NCBI RefSeq assembly: GCF_009914755.1
Contig: NC_060932.1
Length of the DNA: 64,000 nucleotides
Origin: the human T2T-CHM13v2.0 reference genome, Homo sapiens
Strand: one strand, 5' to 3'
The notes beneath the pieces are model-generated. The model was not told where the DNA came from, ran no database searches, and saw nothing but the letters and a program-made list of their open reading frames with translations. The position numbers and the translations under genes are program-made. Every line of letters begins with the position of its first letter. Position 1 is the stretch's first letter. Shown in pieces: positions 31,038 through 47,415 of the stretch.

Positions 31038-31463
31038 TTAAAAGTTTTTAAGAAAGATACAAGTATATGTGAACTTTGCAGAGATAACCCTCATAAGGTT
31101 AGGACTGCAGACTAGGGCTGCAGTGGAAATGGACAGAATGGATGCCCAGAGACCAGTCAGAAAGATATTGTGATAGTCCAGGCAAGAGATAATGGTATCT
31201 TTTTTTATTTTATTTTATTTTATTTTATTTTATTTTATTTATTATACTTTAAGTTTTAGGGTACATGCGCACATTGTGCAGGTTAGTTACATATGTATAC
31301 ATGTGCCATGCTGGTGCGCTGCACCCACTAACGTGTCATCTAGCATTAGGTATATCTCCCAATGCTATCCCTCCCCCCTCCCCCCACCCCACAACAGTCC
31401 CCAGAGTGTGATATTCCCCTTCCTGTGTCCATGTGATCTCATTGTTCAATTCCCACCTATGAG

Positions 31464-35272
<3,809 letters not shown>

Positions 35273-35335
35273 TATGATGTTAGCTGGTGATTTTGCTCGT
35301 TAGTTGATGCAGTTTCTTCCTAGTCTCAATGGTCT

Positions 35336-36349
35336 TTACATTTTGGCATGATTTTGCAGGGGCTGGTACCGGTTGTTCCTTTCCATGTTTAGTGCTTCCT
35401 TCAGGAGCTCTTTTAGGGCAGGCCTGGTGGTGACAAAATCTCTCAGCATTTGCTTGTCTATAAAGTATTTTATTTCTCCTTCACTTATGAAGCTTAGTTT
35501 GGCTGGATATGAAATTGTGGGTTGAAAATTCTTTTCTTTAAGAATGTTGAATATTGGCCCCCACTCTCTTCTGGCTTGTAGGGTTTCTGCCGAGAGATCT
35601 GCTTTTAGTCTGATGGGCTTTCCTTTGAGGGTAACCCAACCTTTCTCTCTGGCTGCCCTTTACATTTTTTCCTTCATTTCAACTTTGGTGAATCTGATAA
35701 TTATGTTTCTTGGAGTTGGTCTTCTCGAGGAGTATCTTTGTGGCATTCTCTGTATTTCCTGAATCTGAATGTTGGCCTGCCTTGCTAGATTGGGGAAGTT
35801 CTCCTGGATAATATCCTGCAGAGTGTTTTCCAACTTGGTTCCATTCTCCACATCACTTTCAGGTACACCAATCAGACGTAGATTTAGTCTTTTCACATAG
35901 TCCCATATTTCTTGGAGGCTTTGCTCATTTCTTTTTATTCTTTTTTCTCTAAACTTCCCTTCTCGCTTCATTTCATTCATTTCATCTTCCATCGCTGATA
36001 CCCTTTCTTCCAGTTGATCGCATCGGCTCCTGAGGCTTCTGCATTCTTCACGTAGTTCTCGAGCCTTGGTTTTCAGCTCCATCAGCTCCTTTAAGCACTT
36101 TTCTGTATTGGTTATTCTAGTTATACATTCTTCTAAATTTTTTTCAAAGTTTTCAACTTCTTTGCCTTTGGTTTGAATGTCCTCCCGTAGCTCAGAATAA
36201 TTTCATCGTCTGAAGACTTCTCTCAGCTCGTCAAAATCATTCTCCATCCAGCTTTGTTCCGTTGCTGGTGAGGAACTGTGTTCCTTTGGAGGAGGAGAGG
36301 CGCTCTGCATTTTAGAGTTTCCAGTTTTTCTGTTCTGTTTTTTCCCCAT
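35336..36349 (-). pseudogene. ORF1: L1 ORF1p, disrupted
   Basis: TGA at the codon-50 equivalent (36203-36205), a 3-bp deletion, and TTA>TAA at 35660-35662. Confidence 0.95.
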
Positions 36350-36804
36350 CTTTGTGGTTTTATCTACTTTTGGTCTTTGATGATGGTGATGTACAGATGG
36401 GTTTTCGGTGTAGATGTCCTTTCTGGTTGTTAGTTTTCCTTCTAACAGACAGGACCCTCAGCTGCAGGTCTGTTGGAATACCCTGCCATGTGAGGTGTCA
36501 GTGTGCCCCTGCTAGGGGGTGCCTCCCAGTTAGGCTGCTGGGGGGTCAGGTGTCAGGGACCCACTTGAGGAGGCAGTCTGCCAGTTCTCAGATCTCCAGC
36601 TGCATGCTGGGAGAACCACTGCTCTCTTCAAAGCTGTCAGACAGGGACACTTAAGTCTGCAGAGGTTACTGCTGTCTTTTTGTTTGTCTGTGCCCTGCCC
36701 CCAGAGGTGGAGCCTACAGAGGCAGGCAGGCCTCCTTGAGCTGTGGTGGGCTCCACCCAGTTCGAGCTTCCTGGCTGCTTTGTTTACCTAAGCAAGCCTG
36801 GGCA

Positions 36805-37032
36805 ATGGCGGGCGCCCCTCCCACAGCCTCGTTGCCGCCTTGCAGTTTGATCTCAGACTGCTGTGCTAGCAATCAGCGAGATTCCGTGGGCGTAGGACCC
36901 TCTGAGCCAGGTGTGGGATATAGTCTCGTGGTGCACCGTTTTTTAAGCCGATCTGAAACAGTAGCTCATGTAGAATTCATCCACCAGATATACTATATCC
37001 CATGTAATACTTACAATAATACTATGTATTAG
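36805..37032 (+). CDS. ORF0: Chimeric L1 ORF0: 51 aa of ORF0 plus 24 aa from flanking DNA; expression unproven
   Basis: MAGAPPTASLPPCSLISDCCASNQRDSVGVGPSEPGVGYSLVVHRFLSRSE matches ORF0 and reads on into TVAHVEFIHQIYYIPCNTYNNTMY*; good Kozak context GCAATGG. Confidence 0.5.
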   Translation: MAGAPPTASLPPCSLISDCCASNQRDSVGVGPSEPGVGYSLVVHRFLSRSETVAHVEFIHQIYYIPCNTYNNTMY

Positions 37033-37175
37033 AGATTGTAAATATCTTTACAACGTGGAAAATGAACTTTGGAGCTGTTGAGTGACTTGACAAGGTCATA
37101 AAAATAACAAGCAATGGGAAAGAAATCCAAGCCAGGCAGTCTAGCTCATATCCCATGTTCTCTAACGCTGCCCAG
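36959..37175 (-). mobile_element. MIR
   Basis: GTTGAGTGACTTGACAAGGTCATA...ATCCAAGCCAGGCAGTCTAGCTC. Confidence 0.65.
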
Positions 37176-38227
37176 AAAGTGATGGCAGCAGAGTTGAGAA
37201 GAAGTATACAGATTCAAAAGATAATCTGGAAGTTGAAATCCCAGGGTGTAATGATGAATTGGTTATCGAGAATGAGGAAGTAATATCAATTAGAGTGAGG
37301 AGACATCAAGGATAATGTCCAAGGGTCTGACATATCCAGGTGGATGGATGATGGTGTCTTTCACCAATATAGGAAAGTGAAAAGAGACCAGCTTTTTTTT
37401 TTTTTTTTTTTTTTGAGAGGTAAAGGGAAGGTGGGTATGGTAAGGAGACTCTGAGTTCAATGCCACACATGTTGAATTTGAGTAACCTCTGAGACACCCA
37501 AATAGAAATATTAAGTAGGCAGATAGATATATGGGTCTAAAGACTGTAAAAAAGGTCTTGTTTGAAGATGTAAATCTGAAAGCCTAAAGCATATGAAAGA
37601 TAATTAAAGTTATAGACATAGTTGTACTTACTAGGATGCATTATCTTTTCCTGTGAAACTCACACTTTGGGCCCATTCTTCCCCAACCTTGTGATAAAAA
37701 CTCAGGCAGATCCCACAGCTTTTCTATCAGTCATGAGTAATAAAAAGTTGCTTATAAGCTTAAATAGTCAAATCCATTGTAATGACCAAAACTCCAAACT
37801 CCTCAACTCTGGCCTGCCAGGATAAAGAGGGATACAGTTGGTTTCTTTTCTCTTCCTCACCCCACTTCCTTCTCTATCCACTCACTGGCTGTTGTGGTTG
37901 ATTCCTCCTGGTGAGAACCCAGAGGATTAGTAAAGAAAGAGCACACAGTTGAAGTAGCTGATAGAGTTGAAATGTGGAATCAATACCCTCTTGTAGAGAC
38001 CCATATGTCTTGCTGATTACTTATGACCTCTACTCGGATGTCTAAAGACATTTCTTACTTAGTGTGACTTAGATCAAACATGATTTCCTCTCACCCACTA
38101 AAAATGCTCCTCCCACATAAGCAAATGGCAACTCCATTCTGTCGTTTGGGCCAAATACCTTAAAGTCCTCTTTCTCTCATAACCCATTTTCAAGCCATTA
38201 ACATATCCTGTCACTGTCTTTAAAATT

Positions 38228-38876
38228 AAGTGATTCTCATTGTTAACAGTACTTATGTTCTATAAAGTCACTATAAATACTGAATTAGCTAATATGGAAT
38301 CATTGCCCCTAGGGGAAATACAGGGTTATGTTCTGACACGTATTTGTTCACAAAATTTTCATCAACTGATCCACGTATACCTTGTTTAATGTGTGTTTCT
38401 GTTTAAAGACACAGTGATCTATTTTATAGATTCATTAGCAAAGAACTCACGGCCAGCAGCAGCACTATAACTCACACCTGAACAAGGCTGATCTGGCTTT
38501 AGTATTTTCTCTGTAAGGAACATCACAGCCTTCTTGTTCTTAGGAACACTATATAATACTTCAGGACTACATTTGGGGCTATTTTAAATAGCAATTATTA
38601 CCAACAAAAGGGACAAAAATGAAGAAAAATGGGCACTAAATATACCACGAAAAGGAAACTTGTTTACAACATGAGACCTGAAATGAGAAGGCAGAGCATC
38701 ATCTTATTAGAACTCAGCAGGGAACATGCACAGCAGGCAGATTTTTCGCTACTTTGTGCATATGCTGGTCTGTGAATGACTGTAAGAGACATTGAGTATT
38801 GATTTTGGGGTTACAAATAAACTTTAGCAAGGAGGCTGGTTTGCAAATACAGAATCTGCTAATAAGGATGTACAGT
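38228..38876 (-). mobile_element. MER82 (TcMar-Tigger)
   Basis: TTGATTTTGGGGTTACAAATAAA, GCAAATACAGAATCTG and CCTAGGGGAAATACAGGGTT. Confidence 0.8.
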
Positions 38877-39256
38877 ATATCCAGAATCTGACCACTTCTC
38901 ACCACCATCACCACTACTACCCCTGTCCAAACCATGATCACCTCTTCACTCACACTGGTCTCCTTACCAGCCTCCCAGCATCTAATGTTTCCTCCAAGGG
39001 TCTAAAATTCCCCTGTGTTTTTAAACTCAAACCAAGATCATGACACTGCTCTATTCAAAGCCCTCCAGTGCCTTTCAATCTCTTCTGAAATGAAAGCCAA
39101 AGTCCTGGCCATTGCTACACAAGGTCCCCTTTGATCTTAGTGGTTCCATTTCCTATCACTCTCTGCCCTCCCTCACTCCATTCTAGACAAACACGTCTTA
39201 CCTGGCAGCCTTTGAACTTGTGTTTCTACTTGCAAGATTGTTCATATGGCTCTCAC

Positions 39257-40797
39257 TATAGTGAATTCCTATAATTTGTCGACAAAAAGAGTCAAACTCT
39301 ATGAAATATTTGGAGAGATTTATTCTGAGCCAAGTATGAGTGATCATGACCTGAGGCAGAGTCTCAAGAGGTTCTAAGAACATGTGCCCAAGGTGGTCAG
39401 GCTACAGCTTGGTTTTATACGTTTTAGGGAGACATAGGCATCAATTACTACACGTAAGGTGTATATCAATTTGGTCCGGAAAGGTGGAACAACTCTAAAT
39501 GGGTGGAGGAGGAGCCTTGCCAGGTTATAAGTGGATGCAAAGATTTTCTGATTGGCAATTGGTTGAAAGTTATTATTTCAAGACCTGGAATCAACAGAAG
39601 GGAGTGTCTGGGTTAGAAGAAGGCATTATGGAGAACAAGCTTCTTATGCAGATGAAGCCTCCAGGTAGCAGGCTTCAGAGAGAATAGGCTGTAAATGTTT
39701 CTTATCAACTTAAAAAGGTGCCAGATTCTTAGTTAATTGTCTCCTGGATCAGGGAAAAGACCTGGAAAGGAAAGGGATGCTCTACAGAATGTACATTTTC
39801 CCCATAATAGACAGTTTTGCAAAGACATTTCAAAATATGTCAAAGAAATATATTTTGGGGTAAAATACTTTCTTTGACTTCTTTCAGGGCCTGCAATCTG
39901 TGGTGTTGGTATCTTATTGCTACAAATAACCTGTTGTAATGTTAATGCTGGTCAGTTGTGCCTAAATACTAAAGGGAGCAGGGTATAATGAGGCATGTCC
40001 AATCCCTTCTTCCCATCATGGCCTGAACTAGCTTTTCAGGTTAACTTTGAAATGCCCTGGGCTTAGAGTAGGGGTCCATTCAGTTGGGTAGGGACTAGAA
40101 TTTTATTCTTGGTTTACAAATTTTATGTTGCTTTGATATGTATTTTGAATATAAGTTTCACTTTCTCATACCAGAAGCAGGACTCATTTGTCCTTGACAC
40201 AGTTTCCAGTTACACCCCCCCCTCCCAGTTCCTCTATGTGGTCAGGCCAGATATCACCTTTTACCACTGCCTTTTGGTGACCAACTCTCCAACCTCCCTA
40301 TGGCTCAGCTAGATACTCCTACTTGATTCGCCCCTCTTATTCCCCACACTCTACAGGCACTGCATAGAAGTGCTGCAATAATCACCTCTCAGTCACTGTG
40401 TGACCCCTTGGAATTCATGCCTGTTGCCTTTAAACCCACCAATTAGAAGGTCCCTATAGGAAGCCTGCTTGGGTAACACCCTGAACTCCAGTAAAGACTT
40501 TGGTCCCACAGATCCTCTCTTGCTCCCAACTCACTGGTTGAGCAGGCTTGTAGGGGACAACTTCCTCACTCCCTCACCTTCCCTCTGGCCCTGTGAAGCC
40601 TGCTGCTTTCTTCTCTTTGGGGGCTGTAAGTGATCAAAATGCTTCTGCCATTTCATGGGTTTTGTTGTGCTGCTTCCTCTGTGTCTCACCTGACTGATAC
40701 ACCCAAATCTAACTTCTTTTCTGTTCAGGGATAGAATTTATAGCCACTCTCAAATGAGACCTTGAGACCAAATTGGAAGGAAATGATATCTACAAAA
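39257..40797 (+). mobile_element. ERVL LTR of the MER54/MER73/MER74 group, split by MER4
   Basis: TATAGTGAATTCCTATAATT|TTATGTTGC...TTCTCATACCAGAAGCAGG; 3' end approximate. Confidence 0.65.
39277..40118 (-). mobile_element. MER4-family (MER4D/E-like) ERV1 solo LTR
   Basis: TG...CA termini (TGTCGACAAAAAGAGTCAAACTC / ATTTTATTCTTGGTTTACA); perfect 4-bp TSD AATT. Confidence 0.88.
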
Positions 40798-41477
40798 CAG
40801 CCCCTCAGTTTCTTCAGATCTCCGTTCAAGTTTCTGCTTACAGACTTAGGCCTTCTATGACAACTTTCATATGTAACAGCACCCCTTACCCTCTACCCCC
40901 TTACCCTGCTTTAGTTTTCTTGAGGGCACTTGTCACCACCCAACATCATGTGTATTTTCATTGTTGTTCTCCCCATTTTTTCACTGTTCTATTCCCAGCA
41001 CCTAGAACATCTAACACAATGTGAGTCTTCCATAAGTATTTATCAGATAAGTGAAGAGTCCCTGGCTTTCTCACATGGAGCACTTTCATGGGTGATCTGT
41101 CCCAGGCCTGGGACTGAAACTCCATGATGCTGCTCATCCTTCATTCCCAAACCCACTTTTCTACTGGGTCTCTTCACCAGCATAGCCATCCCTCTAGCCC
41201 TTGAGGCATTTCTGTTAGACAGAGTCCAAGACTGACTCTCTTACAAATGGGCTTCACATGTGGTCCCCAGAAAACACATTTTAATTCAGCTAATACAGAA
41301 AATTTTAGTACCTGAATATGCCAAGCTCTTCTCTGGGCCTCCATATTAGCTGTTTCCTTTGCCTGAGAATCTCCCAGCCTCTACCCATTACCCCAATTTA
41401 TCCCTCACTCCTCAGATTAAATACCACCTCCTTCAGCGGCCTCTGACTCATTGGCCTAGATTAGGGCCACCTAATGC

Positions 41478-41648
41478 ATTGTTTCTCAAACTTTAATCAC
41501 CTGGAGGCTTTGTTAGGCATGTTCCCTGAGCTCCATTTCCAGACTCTGATTGAGTCCATCTGATGGAGTTAGTAAATTTGTGGTTCAAAAAGCTCACAGG
41601 TGAGTCTGATAATGATTGTCTAAGGCCTACGCATTGAGAAGCACTAGG
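41478..41648. mobile_element. MER5A
   Basis: Termini CATTGTTTCTCAAACTT and TTGAGAAGCACTAG; internal AAGCTCACAGGTGAGTCTGAT. Confidence 0.75.
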
Positions 41649-43284
41649 TTCTCTGCCTGACACATCCAGCTCACCTTTCACAGCCCACTTTTATTTCACT
41701 GCTGTTGAAATCTTCCCTGATCATTCCCAACAATGAATCATCCTCCTCTGTATGGTTTGCCTTGAATTATGGTTAACTGTAACTGCAAAGTATGCATCAC
41801 ACTTTATTATAATTAAATATTTAAACACATTATTTCCAGCAAAAGAGTAAATCCTATAAGTACCTGTAAAGTACTCAACAACAAATAATTTTTTTAAAAA
41901 CAAGTACCCACTTTGGGGTTGAGGAATATGGAGTTCAGACACGTAAAGTAATTTCCCCAAGGTCACAAAACCACTAAAGATAGAGGCAAGAAGGAAGAAT
42001 ATGGAAAGGAAAGAAACTACTCTAGTTCTAAAAACCCTGAAAGGCAGTGAAAATGCAGCCATTCTAGGACCAAAAATATTGTTACTGGGGGGCCTTGGCA
42101 TTAACCTGTAGTTGAAAAATCCACAAATGAGTGGAATAGAACTGAATGTGACAGAGGTTGAATTCTGTCACCTCTTCCCTTTTCCCATCTTCCCTTTCTT
42201 CCTAGATCCTTCATCCCCATCACACACATGCACCTGCTTCTATGTCAACACTTACTGAGGTCTTGAATACAACCAAGTTGGAATTGCTGATTGAGAAAAT
42301 GGCTTAAAGGGTACCTGGGAGGTTTCAATTGCCTTGCAAGATATTAGGAACCTCCTCTGTAGAGAAGCTTGTGAGGGCCCCTGAGACATACCTTTGACAG
42401 ACCCCAAGGAAAAAAAATTAAATTAAAGGAAGTGAGTTGCTCAATGAACTAATACTCCCATTTCCATTTTCCAGAAGTTCATATTTGAAGACTGATGCAA
42501 AGGCTTAACAGTCACATCCTGTTTACCAAAGTCATACTACTGTTCTTTGCATTTCAGTGAATCAAAGCCACATTACAGATTTCTGTAAATGGAGGAAGAG
42601 ATAAATGTATTTAAAATTAAGCTATGTAAATCTATGCTATATGACTATGCTTGGGAAATGCTTAACTCTCAACTCTCATGTGTCCATAATACAGTACAGG
42701 AATTTTTACCTCCAGGACGGAAAAATCTGGGAGGAGTTCTAAGCCTCTTTTTCTCTGGCTCCCTAGCTTACTTCTCCTCAGCGACTAATGAGTTTGAAAA
42801 GAAAGGGAGTGTATGTGGACTTTTTTTTCTTTTCTTTCTTTAGGACTGGCCTGTCCTCACCCTGTTTATCTCTGCAGTGAACTTACCTTAACATGTTCTG
42901 AACCTGCAAGGGGAAGGCCTGCAGTTTGGAGGTGGGGAAGTAAGGTCAATTCCAGGAAATCAATTCAGCCTTATCTATAATAAAGCTGAACATGTTGGTG
43001 TCTGAGAGATCCCTGCTCTACTTCTCAACTGACTCTGAAATTCAGGAGAGGGGATGAGGGGATCATTTATTGCACCCCCTAAACCCCAACAGGCCCTCGT
43101 GCTTCAAACTTTTGCTCCTCTCAATTTTTTCTCCATTTGCCATTCTCAGCCTGACACATTCAACTCACCTTTCACAGCTCACTTATTTAGTTTTTGTTGA
43201 AATCTTCCCTGATCACCCCCAAAATAAAATGAGCCATCCTCCTCTGTGTATAGTCTGCCTGAGTGATGGTAAACTGTGACTGCA
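41649..43284 (+). repeat. Dispersed diverged direct repeat of ~140 bp (41649-41787 and 43143-43284)
   Basis: Shared blocks GCCTGACACAT, CTCACCTTTCACAGC, TGTTGAAATCTTCCCTGATCA, CATCCTCCTCTGT. Confidence 0.85.
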
Positions 43285-44108
43285 TCTGTCACCCATACGA
43301 GATTATAAACTCTTTGTATATAAGGACTATATTTTACTCCTGTTTGTGTGCATTGAACTACATGGTTCCTTCCCAATACAGTATTCAATGCAATGTCTTT
43401 TTCCATTCACTTATCAAATTTTTGCTGACAGTTGGCTATGTATCAGGCTGCTTGTTAGATGCTGGGACACAGACCGAGACAACATAGATACAGGCCCTGC
43501 CACCACTTTGTCAAATAAGTACGTTGACCATAATGAGCCCTCAAGAAAGTTCAATTGATTTGCTGCAATAGATGAAGGACTGCTTCCCCCGCCTCAATGT
43601 TCACTCAAATTCTGAGGGTTGAATGGGGAAAAATGAGAGATGAAATCTAAGATCAATATTATTTTCTGCAACATCTTTCAGGATATAACACACTACACCT
43701 TACAGGATAATTGTTCTGAACTCCTATCGTATGTAGTATTTATTGAGTACTTAACTACGCACCTAGTACTTTATATGAATTATTTACACTTACTCTTCAT
43801 AACCATACTACCAAGAAACTGATGCACAGGTTGTGAAAAGTAAACAACCACCTAAAAGCAGATTTGAGGTTAATTCTAAAATGGATACTAGATATCACTT
43901 AAAATTATGTTATCTTCCATGTATATGTCTCATAGGTACAAGAAAAAGAAATTTTTAAGCATTTGTTTACCTCTAAGAATATTGCACAGATTGATTATTC
44001 ATTTTAATCCTTCTAACACTGCTCTTCAAAGAAAGTCAGTGTCTATTTTCTAGAGAATCATTCTCTGTATAAGTCAGAGTATAGCCAGGAAAATAAAAGT
44101 CAACTCCA

Positions 44109-44230
44109 AGCCAGGCACAGTGGCAGGCACCTGTAATCCCAGCTTCTTGGGAAGCCAAGGTAGGAGGCTTACTCAAATTCAGTTCAAGTCCAGCCTGGGC
44201 AACATATCGAGACCCATCTCTAAAAAATAA
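44109..44230 (+). mobile_element. FLAM (free left Alu monomer)
   Basis: Left-arm monomer ending GAGACCCATCTCTAAAA; approximate TSD AAAGTCAACTCCA / AAAGCCACTCCA. Confidence 0.8.
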
Positions 44231-45153
44231 TAATTATTAAAATAAATTAATTTTTTTAAAGCCACTCCAGCTATTTTGTATAGGAAGAGGTTTAACACAC
44301 AAAAAAAATTATTACAGAACCATCAGGAAGTGGGAGGGGCAAATGTTAGGAAGAACTCTTTGGGGAAATTCAAAAGAACAGAGGCCAAATGCAGGGAAAA
44401 GCTTCCACCAATGGTCTCAACTGCCTGCAATGCCAAAGTGAGAGATTCTCAGGAAGTGCCCACAGCTGCAAGCAAGAACAGTAGCAGCTCTTCTAAAGCA
44501 GGCTTCTGCTGCCTTCTAAACTGTGTGCTTGAGACTTCCATTGACAGAATCTAGCTGGCACTCTGCTGGCAAGGGAAAAAGCAGTTTCCAGGCTCAGTGC
44601 TGCTGTAGTATAGAGAAAGTTTAAAATGTCAGGGATGGAACTGTAACAATATCTGGTAATTTCTACTCTTTGGATATTCAGTGTCCATTCACAATCTTTG
44701 GCCCATCATTAACCTTCCAAACAATAATAATATCAAAAATGCACTTCCAAATAACATAATAAAACTATATCTTATACTAACAAAGACACATGCAAATTCT
44801 CTCCCAAAAAAGAAAGACAAAAATTCCCATAAATTGCTGTATCAATGTCTGAGTAATATTCATTTATTTTGTAGCTCAGGCATGACCCCTCTTTGATAGA
44901 TAATTTATAATGTAAACAATAAATGATAATGTTAATTCCAACCAACACATATCATATAAAACAGTAGAGAAAGGGGGAGAAAGACAAACAGTTAATATAT
45001 AGAAGTGTATATATATATAAAACAAAGTGAGGATTTAAAAAATATACATAGTTGCCCTTGATTCTGAAACTGTTCCCAAAGTCAGAATTGTTAAATTTTC
45101 TTCTACTACATTCCATTTTGCCTTTTGCCTTAACCAGTACTGAAATTTGTCAT

Positions 45154-45653
45154 TGTCGGAAGGCAGTTCATGGATCTCTCACTTTGCTATACATCTTTTG
45201 AGAACGGACACTGAAAGTAGTTGTTCCAGGATTCTTTTAAAGGATAGTTGCATAGCGAATCACCTTTGAAGACAGAGATAGGGTATCCCTGCAGAGCAAA
45301 AGGTAGATTTATTTATTGTCCAGTATAATAAAGACAGTATCTCTCACTGACACATGGCCAGGCAGGCTTACAGCCCTTTATAAAGGACTGAGGTTTCCTA
45401 AGCTCAGAGTCCTTCTTCTGTAATGCAACTCAGTGTGTGTGTATACATTCTCTACCACCATGTGGGAATTGGTACTTGAGAACTAGCACAGATGCTGACA
45501 CTCTGCCTATTACTATTGGTAAAAAGTAAAGTCTCTTTTTTTTTTTTTTTTTGCCTATCCCAAGAATCTCATGCCATTTGGCAACATTCATTAAACTGTG
45601 ACAGGCTAACTTGTTAACTTGCAGTAAAGTCTCAGCTTCTCCAACTCTTGACA
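45154..45653 (+). mobile_element. LTR40-like ERVL solo LTR
   Basis: Starts TGTCGGAAGGCAGTTC and ends CAGGCTAACTTGTTAACTTGCA...TCTTGACA. Confidence 0.7.
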
Positions 45654-47308
45654 TTCAAGACTCTATACTAGTGACCTCAACTTTTATTCCTGAAGAGCCC
45701 TTTATTCCTGAAGCGATGTGCGGTCTTGTGTTTTTGGGTTGCTATAGCTAGTCTCCCATTAACTTTTATCACAAAATGTGGAACTATTAAAAGACAACCC
45801 AATAAATCTTTTGGATTCTCAACATACTCCTCTCTGTCTCCATTAAGAAGTAGCACCCTCATTCCCCTTGATAGACAAGATCAGCCACATTAACAACTTT
45901 ATTAACCCCTTTATTTGTTTCTTGGTTCAATGGTATAAGAAGCCCAAAGTGGCCAAGTGATAGTCTCAACCTCCAGTTTGATGGAGTCGCTATTGAGTCC
46001 CTTGGTAGAAATATTTTTCCCTTGGTAATTAAGACCACAAACTAGCAGAGCTCAAGATAGAAAGCAAAATTTTACAAGTGATCACTAAGGATTAGAGGAG
46101 CCACTTCCATTTCTATTCTTTAGTTCCAGAACCTGGTTCCATAAGGTGCTATGACCTATACAACACTGTAATTGAGGCTTTAATAGATCATTTCATCATC
46201 CCAGTCATCAGTAGGAAATTTCATCATTCTATCAGGCCAGTTGTTTCTGGGAATTGAGCATATGGAAACACAAGTGAATTCCATGGACATACGCCTATAC
46301 ATCATTTCTTTTGCGGTTCTTTAGTCAGAGGAAATCTTGCGTGCAAAAGCAAGGTGGTGAATAAAACATTGGATGATGGTGAGGACGAAAGCAATGTGCA
46401 CAAGAAAGACAAATCTGTATCCAAAATATATGTCTATTTCAGGAAAGACTAGGTGACTAGCAGATGCCACTAGGGAACAGTGTTGTATTGGAAGCCCAGT
46501 ATTGTCCGTTGCTGTTAATAAGCTGATTAGTCACCAGTGGTGGCAGCAAGATCAGGCTTGATAAGGGAAAGTCTACATATTCCGTCTTTGCATAGCTTAC
46601 ATCCCTGACATAATGGTCAGTTTTAACACACAATTATTGAGTAAGCACTGGGGTGACTGGAGAGAGAAGCTAACTTATGCCCATAAACTGGATCTTCTGG
46701 TCTATATGATTACTGACAGACTTATATGCAGTAGATCCTTATGATCATGAGATACAAAAATAATCCATTCTGTGGCTATTCTGAGTGGTTCATCTTCACA
46801 TACGTCTTCTTGAGATCTTCTAATCAACAATCTTTCAGTTTTATTCCTTCCAAGTCCCTAATCACTTAACCAAAATTTCAGCTACTACCTACCAATGACA
46901 TAATATAGAGATATATATTACCTCAGACCATCTCTTCTTCTAGGCAAAGTGAAAATCCAGATTTGTGTTTACACTTCTGCCTTCTAGGAGGATTTTTCTT
47001 TACCCACTATCCTTCAGGGCTATCTCTGAGTCAGGACAGAATAATGTATCACTTTTGGTACATTATTTGCTCCCCATGATATCATAGGGTTGAAGAAAAA
47101 GCAGCAATGCCACAAAAGGAGGTGTCACATAGGTTTGAGCCACCTGCTCAAGCAGCTTAGCTTGTATCTTGGGATCTGCCAAAGCTCAGCATCATGGAGG
47201 TCACAATGCAACTATTTAGGGCTGAATCTGAATTTATAGCTGGATAGGTTAGATCATTCTCAGTTCACGATTAAACTGTTCCAGTTGCTTCAAAACTCTG
47301 GAAGAAGC

Positions 47309-47415
47309 GGCGTAGGTAGCTTCCTCACACACACATGCTGATCAATATTCAGTGAACACTGGGGCGTAGGTAGCTTCCTCACACACACGTGCTGATTAAT
47401 ATTCAGTGAACATTG
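47309..47415 (+). repeat. 54-bp tandem duplication, two copies with ~3 mismatches
   Basis: GGCGTAGGTAGCTTCCTCACACACAC(A/G)TGCTGAT(C/T)AATATTCAGTGAACA(C/T)TG repeated. Confidence 0.95.

Larger units (their letters stand above)
38030..41055 (+). mobile_element. L2 interrupted by MER82 and nested LTRs
   Basis: AAATGGCAACTCCATTC, TATCCAGAATCTGACCACTTCTCACC and CCCAGCACCTAGAACA are L2 motifs. Confidence 0.7.
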
